Of a stretch of DNA of 64,000 nt, positions 30,589 through 40,703 are shown one piece after another. Below the pieces are notes generated by a model. It was not told the origin of the DNA, did no database searches, and saw nothing but the letters and a program-made list of their open reading frames with translations. The stretch comes from Corallochytrium limacisporum Hawaii (Eukaryota; Protista; Pluriformea). A program made the translations under genes and the position numbers. Position 1 is the first letter of the stretch; each line of letters starts with the position of its first letter. Location: positions 148,297 to 212,296 of the forward strand of contig PDIP01000057.1 in NCBI GenBank assembly GCA_002811645.1, in the 5' to 3' direction.

Positions 30589-33342
30589 TCATATCTTGGG
30601 CTCCACCACATCATCCCCATTGTCCATAACGGAATCGCTACTGTTCTGAGACTCTAGCTCCGAATCTGCCAGTTCCTGCTCATAGGCGCGGTTCTTAAGG
30701 CTAAAGCTCCACCGACGGAGCAGATGTTCACGCTTCTTTTTCGTCTGCCACAGAGGGCGCAGCCGTGACTTGGCATCGTGGTCGTCAAACGTGCGACCAT
30801 CAATGAGTTTCTGCAGGCGCGCCCGATCATTCTTTAGTTTTTTCCAAGTGTCGATGTTGGCATCCAAGTTCTCCACGTTGCTCTTCGCCGCTGGCAACAT
30901 GTTGGAGGTGACAACAAAGGCATTCCGTGCCACCTTACTCAGGAACCCAATCTGAATATCAGGAATCTCCTCATCTCTACGTCGATCCATCATCGGCAAT
31001 GGTTCTTTACCCAATTCCCTTTCCATGTCGCCCTGCACATAGAACTCAGTAACCAGATCCATGACCTGTTTCAAGTGCTGATCCCAAGGTTTCGCTGTAC
31101 CACACAGATCACATGCCGTGATCAAAATGCTTTCCATCAGCCGAGCATTCTCAGTGCGCTCATGTACCGTGGCAACCAGATCAAGGTCCGGCTTGTTGAA
31201 AGCTTCCAGGATGGCACCCATGTTCTTAAAGTACATTGCCAAGTCCGTACTGATAATGACGTTTTCAATTGTGATCACAGCATCGATAAAGTCTGGACCT
31301 TCAATGTTGGCAAGGATATTGCAACTGGGATAACTGAGAATGTTAATGGTGCACGCAAAGTGGTGCCTTTCCATGACACTCTGGCCGTACAGATAGGCAA
31401 GGTCGCTATTGATGGCGGCCATGAAACCGTTGTTGACACCCCAGTGGTCCAGATCGTGACCAAGAGCAGCAACAAGCATGGCACACTGAGTAACCTTATT
31501 GGTCACCTTCTGCATCTTCGGCTGGCTCAGGAAGCAATACATATAATGGCACACATTCACCGCGTGCTCCCAGTTGTGATATGGCAAGTCCCGGTAATTC
31601 CTTGCCATCGTCATCACCATGGAACCCAGTGTGTGTTCATTGATGCGCAAGGACTTTAAGAGGTCCAAGTTGTGGAACATCTTCAGAACAGCAACTACCT
31701 TGTCCTCCTCAGTGAGCCTGCCTATATCAAAGTTGAAAGAGGTGAAGTTCTCGGGCTCGAAAGACCGTGGTGTCCGGTGCAAAATCTTGTCAACCTGAGA
31801 CAGGGAGGGTTGGCCCCGATAGCTGAGCATTTCACTAAAGATTCGGTTCCTCTTCTCAGAATCGGCCAATTTGCTCGTCAGCTGTGCATTCTCAATGGCA
31901 ATCGATGCAGACACAGCAAAGGCTTCCATAAGATCGACGTCGTCCCTAGAGAAACCACCCACATTCGTACTATTGATGAGTTGGGTGGCGCCGAAGACCT
32001 GACCATCAGATCCTTTCAGAGGCGAGCACAGCACATTTTCTACGTTCTCACCACACTCCTTCACGAGCGTATCCTTAAAGCGGACATCATTGGCGGCGCT
32101 GGTGACTATCAGTGATGTACCCGTCTTCGTCACGTGTCCAGTGATGCCTTCTTCGCAATGTATAGGGTCCCCAAGGTGACATGTGTCATCTTCTTCATTG
32201 AGCTTGGTGCACAAAAATTCACCCCGAGCCTTGTCGAGAATGTAGCAAGAGGATCGTTCAGCTCCAATGAGCTCCCGGGCATGCTTGATGACAATGTAGA
32301 GGACGCTTTCTAGATCCGGATAGCTCACAATGCTGCGAGTGATTTCCAGCATCACGTTCGCCCTTGCCTGTTCGTACGTCATTTTCTCGTGACGTTTCCA
32401 GTGCTGCAGTGCGATAGCCAGCAAGGTGGCCATACGACTAACAATATTGGAATCCGAAACTGCATATTCAAGTCCCGACTCATCTGTAAGTTGTAGCACA
32501 CCAATCATTGAGTCGGCAAACTCTACGGGGATGCAGAGGACACTGCGTAGTTTTGCCACTGACGGATGACTATTGTCGTAGTGCGCCAAATTGGGGTGAT
32601 CTTTTGCCTCATTGCATATCAACGGAACACCGCTCTGAATACAGTGCCCAGGGAATCCCTCTCCTGCCTTGCCAATCTTGTCGTATAGCGGACTCGTGTA
32701 GGGGCCAGAGGGCCAAGTGTACTCGGTACTGGCTGCTGGGACAAGATGCCCGTTCTCGCTGTCGTACAGGAACAACGAGCAGGTCTTGCAGTGAATTAGG
32801 CGCTGAATGGTCTGCACAAATTCATGAGCAATAGCGTCCTCGTCAAACATGGCAAACAAATCTGTGATTGTTTCCATCATAACCTCGTACATTTCCGGAC
32901 TGCCTGAGTCCGGTCGAGGCAAGTCGCTAGACACGCGTGTTGCGCTGTGGGCGTGCGCCTTGTTAATAGCATTGAGAGAAGAGCTCGAACCGCCCAGACT
33001 CAATCGGCGAGCCATATATGTTGCCAAGTCTCCCGTACCTCCAACTCCGATGTCTTCCCTGTCTGTCAGGTCAGAGGAGTCCCGTGCGTAGTGCTGTCTG
33101 AATGTGTCAGTGGCCTGGGATGCGCGAAGAGATGCTACGCTCAACTTGCGCCTGGGGGAGCGGGGTGGATCATGCATGGTCTCATCTTGTGTAGGTGCTG
33201 TCAACTCGATTCCTGCTGGACTTGACCCCACTGGCCCCGTCAAAAGAGTCTGTGTGTGAAGAATTTGCTTGACCTCATCGGTCTCCAACAGGTCAGGATT
33301 TGCCTTGAGGTACTTCAAGACCTCTGCCCTTTCCAAAGACAT
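30589..33342 (-). CDS. Class I cyclic nucleotide phosphodiesterase with tandem GAF domains, PDE10-like
   Basis: Catalytic NYRDLPYHNWEHAV, HDLDH, VMERHH, ISTDLA, ITACDL, EFYVQGD; two GAF domains; N-terminal VLKYLKANPDLL helix. First ATG at 33342; the ORF-track start at 33426 is TTG. Confidence 0.92.
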   Translation of the reverse strand: MSLERAEVLKYLKANPDLLETDEVKQILHTQTLLTGPVGSSPAGIELTAPTQDETMHDPPRSPRRKLSVASLRASQATDTFRQHYARDSSDLTDREDIGVGGTGDLATYMARRLSLGGSSSSLNAINKAHAHSATRVSSDLPRPDSGSPEMYEVMMETITDLFAMFDEDAIAHEFVQTIQRLIHCKTCSLFLYDSENGHLVPAASTEYTWPSGPYTSPLYDKIGKAGEGFPGHCIQSGVPLICNEAKDHPNLAHYDNSHPSVAKLRSVLCIPVEFADSMIGVLQLTDESGLEYAVSDSNIVSRMATLLAIALQHWKRHEKMTYEQARANVMLEITRSIVSYPDLESVLYIVIKHARELIGAERSSCYILDKARGEFLCTKLNEEDDTCHLGDPIHCEEGITGHVTKTGTSLIVTSAANDVRFKDTLVKECGENVENVLCSPLKGSDGQVFGATQLINSTNVGGFSRDDVDLMEAFAVSASIAIENAQLTSKLADSEKRNRIFSEMLSYRGQPSLSQVDKILHRTPRSFEPENFTSFNFDIGRLTEEDKVVAVLKMFHNLDLLKSLRINEHTLGSMVMTMARNYRDLPYHNWEHAVNVCHYMYCFLSQPKMQKVTNKVTQCAMLVAALGHDLDHWGVNNGFMAAINSDLAYLYGQSVMERHHFACTINILSYPSCNILANIEGPDFIDAVITIENVIISTDLAMYFKNMGAILEAFNKPDLDLVATVHERTENARLMESILITACDLCGTAKPWDQHLKQVMDLVTEFYVQGDMERELGKEPLPMMDRRRDEEIPDIQIGFLSKVARNAFVVTSNMLPAAKSNVENLDANIDTWKKLKNDRARLQKLIDGRTFDDHDAKSRLRPLWQTKKKREHLLRRWSFSLKNRAYEQELADSELESQNSSDSVMDNGDDVVEPKI

Positions 33343-36300
33343 TTTGCGCGCCGAAGAATGGCGCTGCTTTGCGCCAAACACGTTGCCTATAGTTACTTTG
33401 CAGAAGTGAAGGAGATGAGGACTCAAAGCGGTGTACTCGGTAGCTTTTCTGTATAAGCCGACCGAGCTACGACTAGGTGTCCCCTCTGCCGTCGATCACT
33501 ACGTAAAACTATGTCAAAAAAGGAACACTGTCTCCTCCGTTCCCTTAATTTATGAATGTTATGAATGATGAACGCTTTGAAGCGGAATAGACAGTGCAAA
33601 TCACATGTCTCGACTTCTATACCGTGGGACTAAATGCCTAGTATGTATTGGGAAAACGAAGAGGGGCTTGTGAACCTAGCTTGCCCGCACTACTCACGAT
33701 GAGCTCGATGCGCGAGAGCCCGTCAGATACAATCGCTTCCTCGTTGATCCAAATAGCTGTCGGAGGCGCTAAGCATCGGGCCGGCAAAGCCGATGGAAAA
33801 GGGTAACAGGTGACTGGCTCTGCACAACCAGGAAGCAACTTTACGCATCTTCGTGGTTCATTGTCCTCAGCCCACTCCGTATCACACCCTCCCCCCTCCC
33901 CCTTCCCTTTGCTGCAGTGGTGCCCAAAATATTCTTCTGCCAGGCCCCAACCAATTCTTCTTCATCACGACCCGTCACCTGAAGGTTTCCTTCCTCTACG
34001 TTTCTTCCGCTCCGTTCCGTCGCCGTGGACCGACACGACAAAGGAAAGAAAGAAGAGAAAGGCTAGGAAACCATCGATCCCGGTTTTTGTGCGCGACACT
34101 CGAAATGGTGGGCGGAGCTTCCCCAAGACATCTACACGTCCTATCGATACTTGAACTCTTGAGAAATAAAGTGTTTTCCTTTTTTCTTCTGTTGCTCCAC
34201 CCCCGCCCCCTTCTCTCTCCCTCTCTGTCCGTCTCACTCTCACACACACACACACTCTCTCTCTATCTCTCGCTCTCTCTCCCTCTTCCCTTCTTCCTCG
34301 GGGTTCTTTCTCTCTGTTCCCCTCAATTTTGACCCTCAACCCTCACTGTCCCCTCCCTTCTTCTCTCCTTGTTTCCGGCCGGGGAGGTGGGGGTTTGTGG
34401 TCGGGTTGCCCTCTGGGCTGGTAGATGTTTCCCGTTTTCCCCCGCCCTTTTTCTGTTTGTTTCGGTGTCTGTATTGATTCTGTTCCTAAGGACATCAAAG
34501 AAAGGAAAAAAACAGGGAGAAAAAGGAAGGAAATAGCAATCGAAAAAGGGGAACGGGGAAGAGTACTGAAGGTGTAGAACAAACGGCAAATAAAAAGCAA
34601 AAAATAGAAAAAAATAAGATGGGGAAAGCGGGGGAAGGGAGGGGTAAGGAGAGGAAGTTGAGGGGGGGGAGGGGGAGGCTAAAGGTAGGGGCTTCTGGTC
34701 CTTCTATTCGTGTGTTTTTTTTTGGGTTCTTGCTACATCTCCTGAATTCTAGGAGTAACCCACTGCATGTCTGTTTGGTAGATCTACAGTCTGACTGTCC
34801 GTAACAAACTCTACAGATTTTTCCATCCCGTGAAACTCCTCCACCAGTGGCCGCATAGATTGCGCTGTAGTGAACGCAAGCAGCATGCCGAAGTCCATCC
34901 TTTCCTTGTGACCCACCTCCGGTCCGGTTGTTGCTTCCTTTTGCTTGGTAGTGACAGCCCACGGAGAATGCGTGGTATCGCTGTGTGATATTAGCCTGAG
35001 AACCAATGCAGTTTCGTTCGTGCAAGTTTCGTGATGCTGGGGCTCGAGTCTTGACAATACAGAGAATACTGCACTGCGCGGTGCTGAAAGGCCGCAGGGG
35101 CAATTCCCTACACATTCTAAGGCGGGTTGCATCATGACGGGGACCACCGAGTCGTCAAAATTTGACAGCACGGTACGGGTGACGGAAGGAAGGAGAGTGG
35201 CGCGGTACACGAAAAGAATTTTGTTTCCCCCCTCCTCCTCAACCCTCCCCCCCCCCTCCCTGTGATAGCACCAGTGGGTAATGGATTCAATGGAATTTGT
35301 TTGCTTTCCGGAGGGAGGCAGAGCCTGCGAAACATGCAATTGTGTCCGACAAGAGACTCGTCACTGAGGACCTGGACACGAAGTGTTAACACCAAGTGCA
35401 TCTCTCCATTCAAGAATCACCCGTCCCCTTCCTTCCTAGGTCTGGTGGTGGTCCGTCTCAAAAACCTGCAGGCTGCGAATAGTAATTCTCCAAGATTGGT
35501 AGCTTGAATGCCGAAAAGAGGCCCTTACCCCTTACCCTCTCTCCAGGCCCCGGAGAAGGAGAGCAAGGAAAGGGGAACAAAACAAACGGGAAAATGGGGA
35601 CCGTTTTGCGGGCTCCCAGAGACCCCTGTGATGACCTTGACACCAGACTTGCTGGTTATTTCCCGTACTTAAAATACGTTACAATTTCCACACACTCTCA
35701 GACACCACCCAAGCTGTCAATGATTCGCTACGCTCATAGTTGTCGCACTGTCACGTTGAGTCATCCCCAGTTGTACATTCAGTACCGACCTTGTGAGCCA
35801 CTTCGGCACTGTCTTCTCGGAGGACAGCCTGCCTCGGAACCGGCGAGGAGATGGTTTGCCCTACAACGACGGATGCGGAGTGGGAGTCAAAGAGGCAGGG
35901 CAGCGGATGAGGAAATATTAACAAAGGACGCGGGACGTACTGTTGCTACGGGTTCCAACCCGGTACCCGATTTTCGTGGAATCCGAATGGACTGTTCAGA
36001 AAGCCGGCAGAAAACATGAATGGGAGGGAGGCGAGCGGGTGGGTGACAAGGAAAGGGAAGGAGGGAAGGGAAGGGAAGGGAAGGGGGAGGGGGGGGGAGA
36101 GAATCCGCTGCAAAGTGCGCAGGACTGGGAAGGTTTTAAAGAGCTGGGTGCGTGGTGGGGAAGTCTTACTTGTCGCGAACTACATCTCGTATCTCTCATC
36201 TGCATTGTCTGGGCACTGCACAGGATGTACGACGACGAGCAGCATAAGCAATACGACAGTGTGGCGCAGACAGAGACAATGGACAAAACTTGCGGATAGC

Positions 36301-36950
36301 ATCCGCCATCACTGAAGCCCCTCTGATGCTTGGTAGTAATGGGTCGATGGACAACAGGCGACAATTGGGTGTGGCCATGGGAGGGCAATGCTGCAGAAAC
36401 CGAGGAGGCCGGGGATCAATTGTTTGAAAGGGTATTTCGCTGTGAGGTGAGAAGACCATCTTGACTATAGCTTTCTGGTAGAGTTCGTGAGCCTTTGTGC
36501 GGCTTCGGTTCCACTTCAAACGTTCACGGATGTGGCCCCTCCCGCAACTTTTTCAAACTCAACATTCACTCCTGAGTGATTGCGCCGTCATTATAGCCAC
36601 AGTCGCATGTATTGAACTTCTAAACCAGTTGAACATGTACTGACCATGTACCAGCATCTCATGCTACTCATTGAACAAGCAAGAAACTTCCGCAGGAAGG
36701 GCATAGAGTTTGATGATGCCATGCTGAGCAGTACAGTTTCAGCCGAAATGATATAGTACACCTTTTCAAATATGTCCGGATCTAATTGTTGTGCGCAGTG
36801 GGGAAGTGTGCTCGTGGGTGGGCGGGGTCGGGAGGTTCGCCAGTCCGCAGCCTAGTGATGAGTAACTCTTGGTGTCTTCGGTAATGTTATTTGATTTGAC
36901 AGTTCCCATACATAGGGCAATGTACTAGGTGCCTATATCCCGTGAGATCC

Positions 36951-38405
36951 ATGGTCACTGTAGGTTCCTTTCTTGACGGGATGCGGGTCATGCGGATACG
37001 GAGGACCCTCGGGCATTTTGCCGTCCCCAGTCGACGGTGCCTGAGTACTACTACGCCTTCCAGGGATCTGCTCAGGGAACTGAAAGAGCGGCAAGTGATC
37101 AGTCGGATTGCTGACACGACGCCAAAATTGCCTAGGATTGGTATAGATGCCGATTATAAGGAGCCAATTACATTGTATGCCGGGTTTGATCCGACTGCAT
37201 CTAGTCTGCACATTGGTAATATGGTCGCATTGATGGCTTTGCTGCGGTGCTCAATTGCGGGACATCAGCCGATCGCACTGGTTGGTGGAGCCACAGGGCT
37301 AATTGGCGATCCGGCAGGACGAAACACAGAGCGGCAACAGCTGGACCTTGAGCAGCTCCAGATCAACGTGGCTGGAATTCAAAAAACTATAGATGGTTTC
37401 TTTCGCAATGCTGCACATTTCATTGAGTCTGAATCCTCAGGGCTGAAGCCTGGTTTGGCACCCATCATGGCGAACAACATTGACTGGTACAAGGACATGA
37501 ACTGCCTTACATTTGTCGGAGATCTCGGCCGTCACTTCCGCATCTCGGCCATGTTGGCCAAAGAGAGTGTGAAGAGTAGGCAGGAAAGCCAGGACGGAAT
37601 TAGCTTTACAGAATTCACCTATCAGATCTTCCAGGGCCACGATTTCTATGAGCTTTTCAACAGGCACAAGTGTACCGTACAGATTGGGGGCAGTGATCAG
37701 TGGGGCAACGTCACAGCAGGTATTGACTACGTTCGGCGGAGAACCGGGGGTAAGGTTAATGTTGGAGGATTCACCTTGCCCCTGCTGACTACCGCAGCAG
37801 GTGTCAAACTTGGAAAGAGCATGGGTAATGCGGTGTGGATTGATGCGGACCATACCACCAGCTATGAGCTGTATCAGTACCTATTAGGAATGCAGGATGA
37901 GGATGTGGGCAGTCTGCTGCGTATGCTGACCCTGCTGCCGATGGATCAGATCAACTCCATCCTCTCGAACCACGAGAAGCAGCCGGATGCGCGCGGGGGC
38001 CAACGAATGCTGGCATCCTATGTAGTTTCCTTGCTACACGGCAAACAGGCAGCGGAGACCGCTGCCTGTGTTACAGACATTGTCTTTGGTAGTCAGTCGC
38101 TGGACAGCGTGAAGCAAGTGAGTGCCGATGTGTTCCATGGCCTGGTTGGTTCAATACCCAGCATTCGTGTGCCTGGAACAGGGATCAGTGCTCTGGATGC
38201 CCTCGTGCAGATGGGTTCGAGCCCGAGCAAAAAGCAGGCGCGCAAAGTTGTTATAGAGGGTGGTCTTCTGGTGAATGGAGGGAAGTTCAGGGATGAGGGT
38301 GGGATCCTCACCGCTGCTGACCATGGCATTACCAACGAGCACACCCAGGAGGCCGTGACTTTTGTCAGATTGGGCCGCAAGTATGCACTTATCCACTGGA
38401 AATGA
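36951..38405 (+). CDS. YARS2: Mitochondrial tyrosyl-tRNA synthetase
   Basis: YAGFDPTASSLHIGN, GGATGLIGDPAGR, FTEFTYQIFQGHDF, QIGGSDQWGN, KLGKS, S4-like tail; Arg-rich presequence. Start is ATG 36951 or 36981. Confidence 0.95.
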   Translation: MVTVGSFLDGMRVMRIRRTLGHFAVPSRRCLSTTTPSRDLLRELKERQVISRIADTTPKLPRIGIDADYKEPITLYAGFDPTASSLHIGNMVALMALLRCSIAGHQPIALVGGATGLIGDPAGRNTERQQLDLEQLQINVAGIQKTIDGFFRNAAHFIESESSGLKPGLAPIMANNIDWYKDMNCLTFVGDLGRHFRISAMLAKESVKSRQESQDGISFTEFTYQIFQGHDFYELFNRHKCTVQIGGSDQWGNVTAGIDYVRRRTGGKVNVGGFTLPLLTTAAGVKLGKSMGNAVWIDADHTTSYELYQYLLGMQDEDVGSLLRMLTLLPMDQINSILSNHEKQPDARGGQRMLASYVVSLLHGKQAAETAACVTDIVFGSQSLDSVKQVSADVFHGLVGSIPSIRVPGTGISALDALVQMGSSPSKKQARKVVIEGGLLVNGGKFRDEGGILTAADHGITNEHTQEAVTFVRLGRKYALIHWK

Positions 38406-38446
38406 TTTAGTAATTGTATTATAGCGCATAACAACACCTTGACTGT

Positions 38447-39529
38447 TTAGTTCTCCTTTCCAGAGGCAAATGCCAACCATTTCTTAGGATTGTCAACAGT
38501 AATTTGCTTGATCTGCTCGTCTGTAACGCCTTTCTTTTTCAGTCGGGGCAGGATGCGCAACAGGTGCCCGAACCCATGGCCACCATAGCTCGCCATACGG
38601 TGCTTGGTATGAATATCGTGGCTAAGCATGACCTGATCCCCCTTGCCAGAATCAATCATATGCTTGACCATGTCGAATCGCCAGTCATCGTTGGGCATAT
38701 AGCTGTCTCCGAGCTGGTAGAATGAGCCCTCCTGACCGAATAGATCCCATTCCAGAATGACACCTGTTTTCGCAAGTTCGTCACATTCCTCCGTGGTCGT
38801 TAGTGTGCGATCAATGTGTGACATTACTGTGCGCTTTAAGTCCGCTCCAGCCTCCTTGAGAATGTCGCAGATCATCAACGGAGACGTGTTGGCCCGGCCC
38901 GGATGGATAATCAGCGGAGCGCCAGTCTTGCGCTGAGCAATAGCAGATGCCTGTAGAGTAAGCTTTTCGATGTCTTCGATGGGCTCCGTGACCCCAATTT
39001 CACCAATCACACCCGCCTTGATTACGGAGTCACCCACGGGAAAGCCTTCCCGGATGCATTTGATCATGTGGTTTGCCATGTCATCTACTGACATCTTATA
39101 CGCCGACGGAGGCAGGGTCTTCTGGACGTAGTAACCCGTGCCCATAACAATATGCACACCTGTTTCTTCCGAAACCTGTTTGAGCTGCTCTGGTGTCGGG
39201 TGCTTTCCGCCCGCTTCATCCCAGTAGCCGATGCCAACGGTGGTGACATCAACTAGGGTCTTGCCACCCATCTCTTTGTAAATGTTCATTTCCTTTACTG
39301 CGTCAGACACCTGATCACATTGCAGGTTCACCCGGTGCGAGTACGGTTGGTACTGCAAACAGCCAATGCTCTGAAGTTGGAATGGTTGCTTACCATTGCA
39401 GCTGGGCAGATCGTTGTGCTCACACAGAAAGTCCTCAAAGTTGATGATCAGGTGTTCATGCGGCAGAGTGAAGCCGACTTGCTCAGGGTCAATGTCTCCG
39501 CAGACTGTGCGTACCTGTCCAACTGTCAT
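38447..39529 (-). CDS. PTER: Phosphotriesterase-related protein (amidohydrolase fold)
   Basis: TLPHEHL, GGKTLVDVT, GTGYY, AGVIGEIG, IIHPGR, MSHIDRT, LSHDIHTKHR, YGGHGFGH. Confidence 0.93.
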   Translation of the reverse strand: MTVGQVRTVCGDIDPEQVGFTLPHEHLIINFEDFLCEHNDLPSCNGKQPFQLQSIGCLQYQPYSHRVNLQCDQVSDAVKEMNIYKEMGGKTLVDVTTVGIGYWDEAGGKHPTPEQLKQVSEETGVHIVMGTGYYVQKTLPPSAYKMSVDDMANHMIKCIREGFPVGDSVIKAGVIGEIGVTEPIEDIEKLTLQASAIAQRKTGAPLIIHPGRANTSPLMICDILKEAGADLKRTVMSHIDRTLTTTEECDELAKTGVILEWDLFGQEGSFYQLGDSYMPNDDWRFDMVKHMIDSGKGDQVMLSHDIHTKHRMASYGGHGFGHLLRILPRLKKKGVTDEQIKQITVDNPKKWLAFASGKEN

Positions 39530-40091
39530 TATTCCTATTCAGCAACTCCAAATTGAAGGTAAAGTCCAGGTTTGGTGCAGTTTCTGTGGATATTCTGTGA
39601 TTTGTCGTCCTCAAGTACGGATTTTGTGGTTGCCAGTGTTCACAGGTGGCTGCGCAGCGAGTCTCCTGAGACCCACCCCTCTCGTACTGAATTCTAGGAC
39701 CGAGCAAGGAGTATTCGTGCTGGTGGGTGGGATACGTCGAAATCACAACAGGTTTGTGATCTCACTCCTATGCGTATACTGAATATATTACTATCAATTG
39801 TCCGCCGACCGCTCCCGTAAGTGATGTAACAGTCATTTGACAACTGAACCTCTTTGTTTTGCCTCCTTGGGGCAGCGATACATGTAGAGGCGTGAGTAAT
39901 GGTTTTGAGCGCAAATGGGGCAGCACCGCTTCCATGTCGTGCAGGAAGAGGTAGGGGAGGGCAAACGAAATGGTGGAATGCATTTGGACGGTTTCTGTCC
40001 TGCAGTTCTATTTATGGAGCCAAACAGCTGACCAGTGCGCACTTGTTCGGTATGGTTACTCCTTTACCCCGGTCGTTAGCTCGGAACAATC

Positions 40092-40703
40092 ATGCTGTTG
40101 ACTCGCCTGGGAGCACTGGCAGCGAGATCTGCCACGCAGAACCAGCATCTGCCGCGCACGGTACCTGTTGCGGCATTACCCATGTCCCACCGAAGGTTCA
40201 ATTCCGGCGGTAGCAATGACCCACCCAAGATTGATGAACTTCCAGATAGTACTGCAGAGAAGAAACCCATGACAGCCATGACCTTTATTGAAAAAGCTGG
40301 CGCTTACGGTGCGCAAGCGCTCCTCGGGGCTTTCACACACCGGGACGGATTTGACCGCTGCATGACGAATCTCCGCATCGAAAAGCTTGAGAAGGGACGC
40401 GTTGTATGTCAATTGAAGGTTGATCGCTCGCTATCCAATGCTTATTACACTCTGCACGGTGGTGCCACAGCAACATTGGTAGATATCGTGGGCACTATTG
40501 CTCTGCTCACTATGGACTACAAACGTCCAGGTGTGTCAGTCGACATCAACGTGTCGTATATCGGCACGGCCAAGGAAGGAGAAACAATCTTCATCGAAGG
40601 GACTGCCCTGAAGGTCGGAAAGCGGCTAGGCTTCTCTGATGTAAAGCTTACCAAAGAGGATGGCACAGTTATTGCATCCGGGCGGCACACGAAAGCCATC
40701 TAG
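40092..40703 (+). CDS. ACOT13: Acyl-CoA thioesterase 13 (PaaI/hotdog fold) with mitochondrial-type presequence
   Basis: NAYYTLHGGATATLVD, PGVSVDINVSY, IASGRHTK. Confidence 0.88.
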   Translation: MLLTRLGALAARSATQNQHLPRTVPVAALPMSHRRFNSGGSNDPPKIDELPDSTAEKKPMTAMTFIEKAGAYGAQALLGAFTHRDGFDRCMTNLRIEKLEKGRVVCQLKVDRSLSNAYYTLHGGATATLVDIVGTIALLTMDYKRPGVSVDINVSYIGTAKEGETIFIEGTALKVGKRLGFSDVKLTKEDGTVIASGRHTKAI

